A stretch of DNA of 63,038 nucleotides, counting the filler. It is 5 parts of 5 records of this genome, joined end to end, with 100 filler letters (N's around TTAATTAATTAA, not from the genome) between each part and the next. Parts side by side here need not be neighbours in the genome. Positions count along the whole stretch, not along the records: positions 31,786 to 39,776 come from SRR2962707_2378; positions 39,877 to 63,038 come from SRR2962707_2379; 3 more parts are not named here. One strand, given 5' to 3'. The notes beneath the pieces are model-generated. The model was given only the letters and a program-made list of their open reading frames with translations. It was not told the DNA's origin and made no database searches. A program made the translations under genes and the position numbers. This document shows positions 32,481 to 42,084 of this stretch, piece after piece (position 1 is the first letter of the stretch; every line of letters starts with the position of its first letter).

Positions 32481-33146
32481 TCAGGCGGCCGCCGCCGGCC
32501 GGTTTGCGGACTCAGACACCATGTTAAGGAGCTTGACCCCCGCCATTTCAAAACTGTCGACAATCTCGTTGGTGCGGGTCTGCAGTACCGCATGGAACAG
32601 GAGCAGCGGAATGGCCGACATCAGGCCAAAAGCAGTGGTATTCATGGCCACGGAAATACTTTCCGATAACAGCGATGCCTTCTGCGCGGGGTCTGCGGCA
32701 GCAACCGCGGTGAATGCCGCAATCAAGCCAATGATGGTACCAAGCAAGCCCAGCAGCGTCGCAATGTTGGCCAGGGTGGCGAGATACTGCGTGCGCTTTT
32801 CCAATCGGGGCAGCACTTCCATCAGCCCCTCTTCCATCGCGTATTCGATGTCTTCACGCCGGCAGTTATTGATCAACCGGGCAATGCCAGCGCCAAGCAC
32901 TGAGGCAATTGCGCTGTCTGAGCTGGACGCCGCCTTCATGGCGCGCTGGTAATCACGTTTTTGCAGGGCGGGCAGAATGCCGCGCTCAAATGCCACCCGG
33001 TTTCGACGGCGAACCGCTCCGAGATACAGGAAACGTTCCAGAGTGATCGCCAGCCCCAGTGCAAGCACGATGGCAATCGGGTACATGAAGGGACCACCCT
33101 CCTGGAAAAAGCGGATAACGGTATCAAGCATGGTGTAGTTCTCCAT
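32481..33146 (-). CDS. MotA/TolQ/ExbB proton-channel protein
   Basis: GGPFMYPI, ATLLGLLGTIIGLI, ISVAMNTTAFGL. Confidence 0.92.
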   Translation of the reverse strand: MENYTMLDTVIRFFQEGGPFMYPIAIVLALGLAITLERFLYLGAVRRRNRVAFERGILPALQKRDYQRAMKAASSSDSAIASVLGAGIARLINNCRREDIEYAMEEGLMEVLPRLEKRTQYLATLANIATLLGLLGTIIGLIAAFTAVAAADPAQKASLLSESISVAMNTTAFGLMSAIPLLLFHAVLQTRTNEIVDSFEMAGVKLLNMVSESANRPAAAA

Positions 33147-33157
33147 CTACTGCGACG

Positions 33158-33529
33158 TTACGGTTGCGACTCAACTGGTGCGGCGCCCTGCCCTGCAGAA
33201 AGCGTTGGTGTCAGCACAAGGGGGTTCAGGGTTTCGCGGAACTGGCGGTGGTTCTCCAGAACCGGTTGAGGTACCGGATGCAAGAGTTCCGGTGCCTGTT
33301 GATTGAGTTCGGTTCTCGGGCGCCGGGGCAGGCTCGGCGTTTGCCAGGGCAATATGTACAGAATTCTCGGATCGTCTTCGCCGGTGCCAGCGGAGAGCCC
33401 CCGTACCTGCAGAACGTTCTGTTGGCTCTGCCCCGCCTCACTGTTGCCTTCTGCGGAATAGCCGATGGCCGGCCAAAGCAACAGAACAGACAGGGGGAAA
33501 CCGCAGCACGTTAACCTGGACAGCATCAT
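33158..33529 (-). CDS. Small exported protein (GltF-like position in operon)
   Basis: Signal-peptide-like N-terminus; PRILYILPWQ motif; start overlaps the upstream stop. Confidence 0.7.
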   Translation of the reverse strand: MMLSRLTCCGFPLSVLLLWPAIGYSAEGNSEAGQSQQNVLQVRGLSAGTGEDDPRILYILPWQTPSLPRRPRTELNQQAPELLHPVPQPVLENHRQFRETLNPLVLTPTLSAGQGAAPVESQP

Positions 33530-34014
33530 TCCAGCCTCCGTTCAAGATCTGCGATCCAGCCGGCAACCTGCGAGCCTTCCGCCCCCACCAGGGACTGATA
33601 TTGCTGGTAATGTTCCAGCGCCTTGTCGAGGTCCAGCAGGTAGAGCTCCGATATCACCGCCAGGTTGTAATGCAGTTCCGCCACCTTCGGCGTCACCTTC
33701 AACCCCGCTTCCAGCATCTCAGCGGCTTCCTGGAAGCGCTCCTGCTCTTTAAGAAGCAGTGCCAGATTGTTGCGGACCCTCACGTTGGCAGGATCCGCCG
33801 CAACCGCCTGGTGCCAGGCCTCCAGCGCCATCTTCCGGTCACCGGCTTCGTAGGCCTGCCGGCCCTGCCGCTCCCACTCTTTTGACTGTTCCGGCTGATA
33901 CACCTGCGCCAGTTTTTCAGGTGCCGGCGCTTTGGAAGCGCAGCCAGCCAACCCCGCAAGAACCAGAAGAAGTAAAAACCGGAAAACCTGGGGTATCCCT
34001 CTCAACCTCATCAT
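33526..34014 (-). CDS. TPR lipoprotein
   Basis: Lipobox LAGC; TPR helices NNLALLL...HYNLAVISELYL; ATGA overlap with the upstream gene. Confidence 0.82.
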   Translation of the reverse strand: MMRLRGIPQVFRFLLLLVLAGLAGCASKAPAPEKLAQVYQPEQSKEWERQGRQAYEAGDRKMALEAWHQAVAADPANVRVRNNLALLLKEQERFQEAAEMLEAGLKVTPKVAELHYNLAVISELYLLDLDKALEHYQQYQSLVGAEGSQVAGWIADLERRLE

Positions 34015-36830
34015 GAGCCTCCCTGATTGGTGTCCGTCGTCCAACTCATCCAGCGAAGCTGTCGGTCGTAGCGCCCGGGATGCATTGCGGCCAGGGCCTC
34101 CAGGCTGCGCTGAATCCACTCATCGAAACCCTCCGTGGGGATACGTTCATGGTTGCGGGCGTGCAGCGCCATGGCCTCTTCCTCAAGTGGAAACGCTTCC
34201 TCTTCCAGGAGCATCTGATACTGCATGGCTTCCATTTCGTTCAGTTCCGCAGGTACTTCAGAGGACATGAGGTCAGACGCCAGTGTTCGATAGAGTTCAG
34301 CACGGCGATATAAAACCTCCGAACGTACTCCAACGCCGGCAAAGGACTCTGCCTCCTGGAGATACTCCTGAGCCTGCTGCATGGCCGCCTGCTTTCGTGC
34401 AAGTGACTGCTCCAGCGGGTGAACCAGTGCAATGCCGGCAAAACGCTCTGCCGTCTGGGCACCAAAGAACAGTGCAGCATCGGCAGCCCATTTCAGGGTA
34501 TCCTCGGAATGCCAATGGCTGGCTCGTTCCCGAGCCAGCAGTTGTTCACGTACGGCAATCACCGAGTCTCCCGATTCGATCAGCCGTTGGCGCATGGTCT
34601 GCTGTTGAACATGCTCGTCGGCGGAATCGGGCGTGGGTGCAACCGCCAGCCAGTTTTTGTAGAGCTGGTTTCTGGAAGCGCTGTCACCCTCTGCGTGGAA
34701 AATGGCCGCAGCACGCAGTCTGGTGGGCCACGGGTCCACAAGCGTTTCTGAGCGATTCAGCAGCTCCTCCGCTGCTTTTAGACCCTGGCCAGATTCCTGA
34801 TAGGCAAGAACCAGCTTCTCACTGGTTTCAGGCGTAAGCTCATGACTCGGATAATCCATCCGGAAGCGTTGGAGTTCGTTGATTGCAGCCAGCCAGTCGG
34901 ATGCCCGAAGCAGGGTATTCGCCGCATCATAGCGAGCCTTGATCGCAATTTCAGAGCCCGGCATAACGCCCTCAACCCTCTGGAAATGCGTCACGGCCAA
35001 AGTTGCGTCGCCGGCGCGAGCAGCCTTTTCACCCTGCTGATAGATGGCGGACGCAAGTTGTTCAAGAAGACTGCGCCTCTGGCTTTCTGCATCCTGGCTG
35101 GCTTCGTCAGCCAATGGCAAAGCCTGGCGCCACGCACGTTCAGCTAGCCCAAATTCGTTGTTTTTCTGTCGAATACGCGCGGTCACCAACCACGCGGCAT
35201 AACGCTCGGTAACCCCAGCCCGCTCCCAGGTCAGTGTAGAACTGGCGTATTGCAGGGCACGCTCGAATTCGCCCAGGTCGTTCCAACGGTTGGCAAGATC
35301 GGCACGGAACCCCGACAGACGTTCATCCGGGCCAAACGCCTCTGCATATCGCTGCTCTTCGTTGCTCAGTACGAGCAGCGTCGCGGTTCTGCTCTCTCCT
35401 GATGCCAGCTCAAGATCCTCACGAACAATTCGGATAGCGGCCCAGGCCGAATCCCGGGAATCCCCATGGAGATGGTCGTAGGCTGCGGCCCGGAAATTCC
35501 TGACGGCTTCAGTCCGATCGCCAGCCAGTAACCGGGCATCGCCTGCGAGATGGAGCAGTTCACCGGCTTGTTCCGAGCGAGGTGCAAGCCGCTCGTAATA
35601 GTGGGCGGCTTTGGCCCAGGCTTCACTGGCGGCAGCCGTTTGGTTCCGGCTACTGAGGTTTGTACCGGTGGCGTAGTAGTGATCAGCGAGGAAGCGGCTG
35701 TATTGCGCCCAAAGCCCCTTCTGCTCAGGAGTCATCGTCTGGAATCGGGCCTCTGCCCCCAAACGCTGGACGTAATCATCCCGCGCCGCCAGAGCTTTTG
35801 AGGTATTACCGGCCAGTTGCCAGTAGGAAACACTCTGGGCCAGGAAATCCGGGCTCGCTGTGTGGCCCGGAAACTCGGACACAAAGGCGTTGTTGACCGA
35901 CACCGCCCGTTCATAACGGCGTTCCACCGCATGCAGATCCGCAAGCCGGTCGTATAAAAGATGCTGCCATGCTGATGACTCACGACCATCCAGCCAGTCG
36001 GCAAGGGTCCGGGCATCACTCTGGCGGGATGCCATCAAGGCCAGCACCCGGAAGGTGTCCTCCAGCATATCCATGGACTGCGCCGGCGGGTTGGCCAGGG
36101 CGGAGTGGTCTGGTAACTGCTGGTCCAGTACCGCCATGAAGCTAGCTGACGCACGGGCCCAAGCGGGATTACCCTGTTTGAACTGACTCCAGCCGAGCAT
36201 GTAGCGAGCTTTGGCGGCGAGTTCCTGATGGCTGTCATGCTCCAGCAACTGTCGGTAACCGGCCTCTGCCTCTGCGTAACGGCCGGCGGAGAAGGCCGCT
36301 TCCGCTATGCGAAAACGGGCCTCAGGTACCAGTTCCGAGTTCGGGTAAAGCCCAACAAGCTGTTTCAGTCTTGCGATGGACTGCTCCGGTTGCCCGGTCA
36401 GCGCGTGGGCCTTGGCCATCTGGTACAGCAACTCGTCGAGACGCCCGGAAAAGGACCCTTTGGCCAGAATGCTTTCGTAGCTCTCGAGCACTTCCTCATA
36501 GATGGCCGCTTCCCGCTCTTCGGAGAACCCGACGTCCTCTCCCGACCTATCACGGATGTTGTTGAGTCGGTTCAGGGCGTCTATCCGCACTTCAGGCTCA
36601 TCCGAGGACTCAAACAGCTTCTGATAACGGCGAGCCACTTCAAGAGGCGAAATCGCCGGCAGCGGCCGGCTCTCAAATTTCAGAAACACCGGGCGCATAT
36701 CCCCCAGGGTTTCACCATCCCGCCCCAACTCCACGCGGAACGATTCCTGCGCAGAAACCGGCGCTTGGGCCAACGCCATAATCATGACAAGGGATGCCGC
36801 AAAGGACTTGGGAGCAAAAGGCAGATTCAC
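34011..36830 (-). CDS. Large exported TPR protein (939 aa)
   Basis: Signal peptide; multiple TPRs (LLYQMAKA, EARFRIAE, ARYMLGWSQFK, ARYDAAN); C-terminal YQMLLEEEAFPLEE. Confidence 0.85.
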   Translation of the reverse strand: MNLPFAPKSFAASLVMIMALAQAPVSAQESFRVELGRDGETLGDMRPVFLKFESRPLPAISPLEVARRYQKLFESSDEPEVRIDALNRLNNIRDRSGEDVGFSEEREAAIYEEVLESYESILAKGSFSGRLDELLYQMAKAHALTGQPEQSIARLKQLVGLYPNSELVPEARFRIAEAAFSAGRYAEAEAGYRQLLEHDSHQELAAKARYMLGWSQFKQGNPAWARASASFMAVLDQQLPDHSALANPPAQSMDMLEDTFRVLALMASRQSDARTLADWLDGRESSAWQHLLYDRLADLHAVERRYERAVSVNNAFVSEFPGHTASPDFLAQSVSYWQLAGNTSKALAARDDYVQRLGAEARFQTMTPEQKGLWAQYSRFLADHYYATGTNLSSRNQTAAASEAWAKAAHYYERLAPRSEQAGELLHLAGDARLLAGDRTEAVRNFRAAAYDHLHGDSRDSAWAAIRIVREDLELASGESRTATLLVLSNEEQRYAEAFGPDERLSGFRADLANRWNDLGEFERALQYASSTLTWERAGVTERYAAWLVTARIRQKNNEFGLAERAWRQALPLADEASQDAESQRRSLLEQLASAIYQQGEKAARAGDATLAVTHFQRVEGVMPGSEIAIKARYDAANTLLRASDWLAAINELQRFRMDYPSHELTPETSEKLVLAYQESGQGLKAAEELLNRSETLVDPWPTRLRAAAIFHAEGDSASRNQLYKNWLAVAPTPDSADEHVQQQTMRQRLIESGDSVIAVREQLLARERASHWHSEDTLKWAADAALFFGAQTAERFAGIALVHPLEQSLARKQAAMQQAQEYLQEAESFAGVGVRSEVLYRRAELYRTLASDLMSSEVPAELNEMEAMQYQMLLEEEAFPLEEEAMALHARNHERIPTEGFDEWIQRSLEALAAMHPGRYDRQLRWMSWTTDTNQGGS

Positions 36831-38479
36831 TGTGCACCCTCCCCGAGATTTTCCAGAGCCAGATACTCGTAGAGATGGGCGATTTGCTGCTCGGTTTTGT
36901 CCAGCGCGTGAGTCATGTGCTGGGTCTGCTTTTTAACAAACGCCAGTGCCAGTGCATCCAGTTTTCGCGCAGCCTGCTCCCGGAGACTGAGGGCCTTGTA
37001 ACGTAAATCCTTGGTGGCGTCTCTCATTGCACGAGCTTCGTCCAGAACCTTTTCCAGGCGCTCAGGTCTTTGGAGGATCTGCTCATTCAACGCGCCCATG
37101 CGGCGGCCGGCTCCTGCCAGGGACTGTTTTAGCTGACGCAACTCTGTGACCTGGGCAGGCGTTGCCGCCTGCTCCACCAACCCATTCAACCTGGATTCCA
37201 GATCACTCTGCTGTTGCTCAAGCCCAGCGGTTTGTGGCGCCGCCCCCCCTGAACCGGCCGAGGCCATATAGCCTTCAAGGGCCTGGATGAAAACCTCCAG
37301 GTTATACTTGCTCGCATCCAGTGTTGCTTCCATCTCATCAAGGCGCGCCACCCTCCGCACCGCCACCTGGGCCCCGGGTTCTTCCATGAAGCGCAGAAGA
37401 TACGCCATTCGTGGCTGGGTTAACGTTCGGTTATCGGCCAAAAACCATTGAATGTCGTCACTACGGGCATCCTGAACCAGAGCTTTGTAGGCTCCTTCAG
37501 CCGTGATCCTTTCGGACAACTTGCCAAGGGTAACCCGTTCTCCCTCATAGGCCGCGTTGGCTGCCAACCAGGATTCTCCCGCCTGGCCCGGGTACCCGGA
37601 AAGATCGTAACCACGGCCCATACCAATCCACGCATCTGAAACACCGGGAAACGCCAGCGGAAATTTCTTGGCACGGTGCCAGCTCTGCATGGCGGCACGG
37701 TGGTTACCTTTGCGCGACAGCGCCAGTCCATGAAGGTAGAGAGCCTGAGGTGTGTGATAGCTTTCCAGAGAGACCTTCTCCAGGAAATCAATCGCTTTGT
37801 CGTAATCTTCGCTACCCAATGCAAGATAGCCGGCCCGGAGATTGAGCTGATCTAGCAGTGCCCGGCTCCGGCTGGTGTCGGTATCCTTGGCAGCCATGGC
37901 CATGGCAACCCGGAGCGAAACCAGGGCCCGTGACGAATCGAGATCATCGCGGGCGAAATCCGCCGCCAGGTTCATATAGCCCACGGCCGCCCAGTAGCCA
38001 TCTTCCATACGCGCAAGGTATTGACCGGCCGCGTCGGTCTTCCCTTGTATTCTGGCCAGCTCCGCCAGACCAAGAAGCGCTTTTTGAGCCACTTCGCCAT
38101 AGCCGGTTCGGCGCGCCTGTTGGTACCAGTTTTCCGCACCGGTGAGATCGCCATCTTCCTGTGCCATTTCAGCCAGAGCCAATGCCGCTTCGCCACGGTG
38201 AGACGCACCGTTAAATACACCCTCAAACCCAGCCCTGGCCTCGTCATGCTGCCCCGAGGCCAGCATAAGCCGGGCCTGAAGGTAATCGGCCGATTCGCCT
38301 TCAAGCTTCATTGCCAACCCGACAACCGAGGAAGCCTCACCGGTATCCAGCGCAAAGCGAACCACACCAGATGCCAACGAGTTATCCATGGCATTTGCTA
38401 CCGGCGTTGCCACACCTGCCAGCATCGCTGCCATGACACCAATACTGTTTCGGAGGAACAGAGACATGCGCCCATTCAT
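36827..38479 (-). CDS. Exported TPR/coiled-coil protein (550 aa)
   Basis: Signal peptide; TPR-like helices and C-terminal coiled coil; stop overlaps the next start. Confidence 0.8.
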   Translation of the reverse strand: MNGRMSLFLRNSIGVMAAMLAGVATPVANAMDNSLASGVVRFALDTGEASSVVGLAMKLEGESADYLQARLMLASGQHDEARAGFEGVFNGASHRGEAALALAEMAQEDGDLTGAENWYQQARRTGYGEVAQKALLGLAELARIQGKTDAAGQYLARMEDGYWAAVGYMNLAADFARDDLDSSRALVSLRVAMAMAAKDTDTSRSRALLDQLNLRAGYLALGSEDYDKAIDFLEKVSLESYHTPQALYLHGLALSRKGNHRAAMQSWHRAKKFPLAFPGVSDAWIGMGRGYDLSGYPGQAGESWLAANAAYEGERVTLGKLSERITAEGAYKALVQDARSDDIQWFLADNRTLTQPRMAYLLRFMEEPGAQVAVRRVARLDEMEATLDASKYNLEVFIQALEGYMASAGSGGAAPQTAGLEQQQSDLESRLNGLVEQAATPAQVTELRQLKQSLAGAGRRMGALNEQILQRPERLEKVLDEARAMRDATKDLRYKALSLREQAARKLDALALAFVKKQTQHMTHALDKTEQQIAHLYEYLALENLGEGAQ

Positions 38480-38485
38480 GGCCGG

Positions 38486-39034
38486 TTATTTCCACTCAAC
38501 AAATGAGACTTCCGGTTCATAGTCCGGTGCCTTGGCGTTCAGCGTCATCTGCAGGCGCAAAGTGCCGGGCTGTTTCCGGAAATCGTGGACAATCTCCCGG
38601 CGCACGAAACGATTGTTGGCCGCCCGGGCGTTGATCACTGCCTTGAGAGTATGTCTTCCGTCCGCGAGGTTGCCGATAAACAGTTGATGTACACCGCCCT
38701 GGCCCAGTGAGCTCCGTTCCTTTTCTGTGTACAGATGAGCGGTAACCGGCTGCTCATTGACGAACAGTTCTACCGAATCCAGCTCAAGGGCTTGCCTGTT
38801 CGCCAACGACAGAAAGACCGCCACCCGGGTATTCACCGGGTGCAGCAGTTTCTGCTCGAGGGCATGCACACTTGCGGTATGCCGGGTAATGTCAGCGTTC
38901 AGACGCTCGATCTGCTCATCGAGCGACGATGCGTGGGAGGTTGCCGCCATCGCGGCAATGATCATTCCGGATATACAAAGCCCCCTGATCCCTGGGGCAA
39001 TCCGGCACTTTTGTGGTTTTTGTCTGCCGAACAT
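38486..39034 (-). CDS. Exported hypothetical protein, first gene of the TPR-ExbBD operon
   Basis: AGGAAAG RBS; hydrophobic leader; LDSVELFVN, HLYTEKERSSLGQGGVHQLFIGNL. Confidence 0.75.
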   Translation of the reverse strand: MFGRQKPQKCRIAPGIRGLCISGMIIAAMAATSHASSLDEQIERLNADITRHTASVHALEQKLLHPVNTRVAVFLSLANRQALELDSVELFVNEQPVTAHLYTEKERSSLGQGGVHQLFIGNLADGRHTLKAVINARAANNRFVRREIVHDFRKQPGTLRLQMTLNAKAPDYEPEVSFVEWK

Positions 39035-39349
39035 CACTTTCCTGCCTTGCCGGGCCGCGCTGGTGCGCGGCTCAGGTAACATTTCGAAATAAAGAGTAAC
39101 ACCCGCTAACAACCAAGAACGGTATCCATTTCACCAAATGAGCATTTGGCCGGGTATTGGCAACGAAAAGCGTCGACTAATTTGACAGAAACAAAGAAAA
39201 GGGAGGCGGATCACAGAGGACTGGACAGCCCTATGACGAGGCAACTTATTGATACTAAAAGCAGATACAGGGGCATGGCCCCGGAATTGCTCTACCAGAG
39301 ATGGCGGGAGCGCCTTTCGGGCAACCCCCGCTTGAATATGCCGAGCTTT

Positions 39350-39381
39350 GCCGATGCCCTCAACCGCATCGGCTTTTTTTT
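39350..39381 (+). terminator. Intrinsic terminator oriented on the + strand
   Basis: GCCGATGC-N8-GCATCGGC followed by T8 on + only. Confidence 0.6.
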
Positions 39382-39776
39382 ATTTACTCAACTGCCTCAT
39401 GGCCGATTCGAGCCCCTCAATGGTCAAAGGGTACATATGATTATTGACCAATTGCTGGGTAATGCCCAGTGAACCACCCGATCCCCAGTAGCTTTCTGGT
39501 AACGGGTTGAGCCACACCACCTTTCGGAAATGCTCGGTCACACGCTGGAACCAGGTGGCGCCTGCTTCCTCATTCCAGTGCTCGATAGAGCCACCGGGAT
39601 GCGTGATCTCATAAGGCGCCATGGTGGCATCCCCGACAAAAATCACCTTATAGTCCGGCGTATATTTATGCAGGATGTCCCAGGTGCTGAGCGTCTCGTT
39701 CATGCGCCGGATGTTATTCTTCCACACGCTTTCATAAATGAAATTGTGGAAGTAGAAATACTCCATGTGCTTGAAC
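39380..39776 (-). CDS. VWA-domain (CoxE-like) protein, C-terminal fragment
   Basis: YFYFHN, VIFVGDATMAPYE, VWLNP, MYPLT; open to the contig edge. Confidence 0.8.
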
Positions 39777-39876
39777 NNNNNNNNNNNNNNNNNNNNNNNN
39801 NNNNNNNNNNNNNNNNNNNNTTAATTAATTAANNNNNNNNNNNNNNNNNNNNNNNNNNNNNNNNNNNNNNNNNNNN
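39777..39876. other. Artificial contig linker
   Basis: N44-TTAATTAATTAA-N44. Confidence 0.98.
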
Positions 39877-39933
39877 AGCGGAGCTATCTTAGTGCTTTCT
39901 GCTAAGTTCGGGGCGCACACCTGCTAGCTTCGC

Positions 39934-41073
39934 GTTATATTCAATATCCACCAGACTAAAAATTCAAATGAAAATGAAAAAAGCACTCTTAAGTTCAGCT
40001 ATTACAATACTTTTTACCTATGGCTTGACAGCACAAAATTCACTCTACATTGGCCCTCATTCAAGTTCTGATAATCAGGGTAGAATTGCAGCAACTGGAA
40101 CTAGTGCTGAGTTGTCACTATCCAACCGAACAGTCAATTCATTTGTCAGCAATCCAGCATTAGGAGAACGCTGGGTAATTTATAATACTGGAACAAATAC
40201 AGATGGTAGGTTAAGGTTTTGGACTGGTGGAGACAAGGTAACATTTACTAAAGAGGGTAATGTATATATTGGTTCTCAAATTGGGACAAACTCTGGGAGT
40301 GGAAGGTTTTCTGTTTCAGGGGATTTGGCAGAAATAAGTCTTAACAACCGACAGGTATCAAATTTTGTAGAAAGTCCGACAAACGGTGAAAGATGGGTGA
40401 TCTTTAATGATGGAACAACGACAGATGGAAAATTAAGGTTCTGGACTGGTGGAGACAAAGTGGTCTTTACCAAGGAAGGAAGAGTAGGAATTGGAACTTC
40501 TAATCCACAATACCCACTGGAGGTTGTTGGAGATCTAAAGGTTGGAAGGGTTGGTAATGATGCTTATGTTAGAATCGCTGGTGGCGGAAATATTGGACAT
40601 GTCAGTTGGTACAAAACAAATGGACAAAGGGCAGCTTATATGGGTTGGGGTAATTCAAGCATTGATGAATTCAACTTGAGACTTGAAAACAATTCAAAAT
40701 TTGTAATTGATGGAGGTAACGTTGGAATTGGAACGACTGATCCCATATCCAAACTTGCTGTAAATGGTCAAATCAGAGCAACTGAAGTAAAAGTTCTAAC
40801 TGATGTAAATAGCGTTCCAGACTTTGTATTTGAACCAAATTACGAGCTACGAACTCTTAAAGAGACCAAAGAATACATTGAAGAGAATAAACACCTTCCC
40901 GAAATTCCATCTGCTGCTGAAATTGGTGAGAACGGAATCGATCTTGGGGATATGAACATGCGACTTTTAAAGAAAATTGAGGAACTAACTCTATATCAAA
41001 TCGAACTGCTTGAGCGATTAGAGAAAGCAGAACAAGAGATATCCGAGCTAAAAACCAAGTAAAAGAATATAAC
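39934..41073 (+). mobile_element. Integron-cassette-like unit 1
   Basis: GTTATATTC (39934-39942) before the ORF; its exact reverse complement GAATATAAC (41065-41073) starts 2 bp after the stop. Confidence 0.55.
39968..41062 (+). CDS. Secreted fibre-like protein with GNVGIGT repeats and a tail-fibre-chaperone-like C-terminal coiled coil
   Basis: Signal peptide; two ~70-aa tandem repeats; PDFVF...HLPEIPSA...LLKKIEELTLY C-terminus common in Bacteroidota. Confidence 0.85.
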   Translation: MKMKKALLSSAITILFTYGLTAQNSLYIGPHSSSDNQGRIAATGTSAELSLSNRTVNSFVSNPALGERWVIYNTGTNTDGRLRFWTGGDKVTFTKEGNVYIGSQIGTNSGSGRFSVSGDLAEISLNNRQVSNFVESPTNGERWVIFNDGTTTDGKLRFWTGGDKVVFTKEGRVGIGTSNPQYPLEVVGDLKVGRVGNDAYVRIAGGGNIGHVSWYKTNGQRAAYMGWGNSSIDEFNLRLENNSKFVIDGGNVGIGTTDPISKLAVNGQIRATEVKVLTDVNSVPDFVFEPNYELRTLKETKEYIEENKHLPEIPSAAEIGENGIDLGDMNMRLLKKIEELTLYQIELLERLEKAEQEISELKTK

Positions 41074-41123
41074 AGACGCTCAAACTCCATAAGCTTTCGA
41101 GGTACTCGCAAAGGGCCCTCGCC

Positions 41124-41170
41124 TTTGTTGGTGTTCCCCACCAACAAATAGATAATCTTAGATATCCGAT
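41124..41170. repeat. REP-like hairpin plus tail, repeated at 42108-42139
   Basis: TTTGTTGGTG-ttccc-CACCAACAAA; CACCAACAAAnnnATAATCTTAGATAnCCGAT occurs twice (28/32 identical). Confidence 0.75.
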
Positions 41171-41299
41171 GAATCCTTAATCATCACTTTTAGTGAAAAA
41201 ATCCTCCCACAGCTGCTTAAACATGAATTCCCGCAAGAACTTTCCAAATGCAAAACACTACTTGCCGTTGAAGGTGTTGGCTAGCAGAGCTATCTTAGT

Positions 41300-42074
41300 G
41301 TTAGCAATAATGAAAATCAGGCATTATTTTCTGTTATTAATTTTAATTGCCGGCTGCAATCCAGTTCAGGATACAAATAATGGTAAATTGAAATTTTTCA
41401 ATAGGACTGGTAGTTTGGAGAAAGAAGAAATTAGATTAATAAAATCTATTGGATTGGAAGTAAATACTTTTCACCATTACTTTTCAGACATAGTCCTTTC
41501 CGAAGTAGCCTCGAATTCATTGAAATTAGATAAAAAGGATAGAACTCCCATTTCGGGAATTCTCTTTTGTGGTAAAAAAATCGAACCTCAAAAAGTATAT
41601 AATTTAAAGAATGCTCTTGCTAAAAGAGGCCTTATTCTTGAAGTTTCCATGACCAGATTATCTAATCGCTATTTTGACTTTAAGTTTCCTTATTATCAAG
41701 GCAAAACAGAATTAATAGATATTGACAAGCAATATTATAAGATTTATGAAACTAGAGATAGGAAGGATTTCATAGAACAACTAGAATATTATCAGGACGA
41801 TAAAAGTGTGCTTAAAGAAGTATATGAAGAATGGAAAGAAGCAATTAAAGTTTTTCCAATTTGGGCTGACCAAAATGAAAATGTGCTATTCTGTCCGTTG
41901 GAAATGAACGATTCTATAATTCATTCTATATACAAGGGGAAAGTAAAATATTCTTATAGTTTACAGGAAAATTTAACCAAAGGATGGGTTACGGAGGAAA
42001 GTGTAAAAGACGAAATCCGTAAGGATTACCCCAAAATTGATTTCTGGTTTTATTGACATAGCAATATTGCTAAC
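41300..42074 (+). mobile_element. Integron-cassette-like unit 2
   Basis: GTTAGCAATA (41300-41309) abuts the ATG; exact reverse complement TATTGCTAAC (42065-42074) starts 8 bp after the stop. Confidence 0.55.
41310..42056 (+). CDS. AT-rich hypothetical lipoprotein
   Basis: MKIRHYFLLLILIAGC lipoprotein signal; visibly more AT-rich than the oad genes downstream. Confidence 0.75.
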   Translation: MKIRHYFLLLILIAGCNPVQDTNNGKLKFFNRTGSLEKEEIRLIKSIGLEVNTFHHYFSDIVLSEVASNSLKLDKKDRTPISGILFCGKKIEPQKVYNLKNALAKRGLILEVSMTRLSNRYFDFKFPYYQGKTELIDIDKQYYKIYETRDRKDFIEQLEYYQDDKSVLKEVYEEWKEAIKVFPIWADQNENVLFCPLEMNDSIIHSIYKGKVKYSYSLQENLTKGWVTEESVKDEIRKDYPKIDFWFY

Positions 42075-42084
42075 AAATGATATG

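Noticed and set aside
39146-39472. 108-aa + strand ORF
   Set aside because: Runs through a terminator and overlaps the VWA gene; no recognisable motif
9466-41062. Link between the fibre-like C-terminus of the protist protein and the Bacteroidota fibre protein
   Set aside because: Separate contigs and no direct sequence similarity seen
39968-41062. Prophage tail gene
   Set aside because: Has a signal peptide and no phage structural or integrase genes nearby
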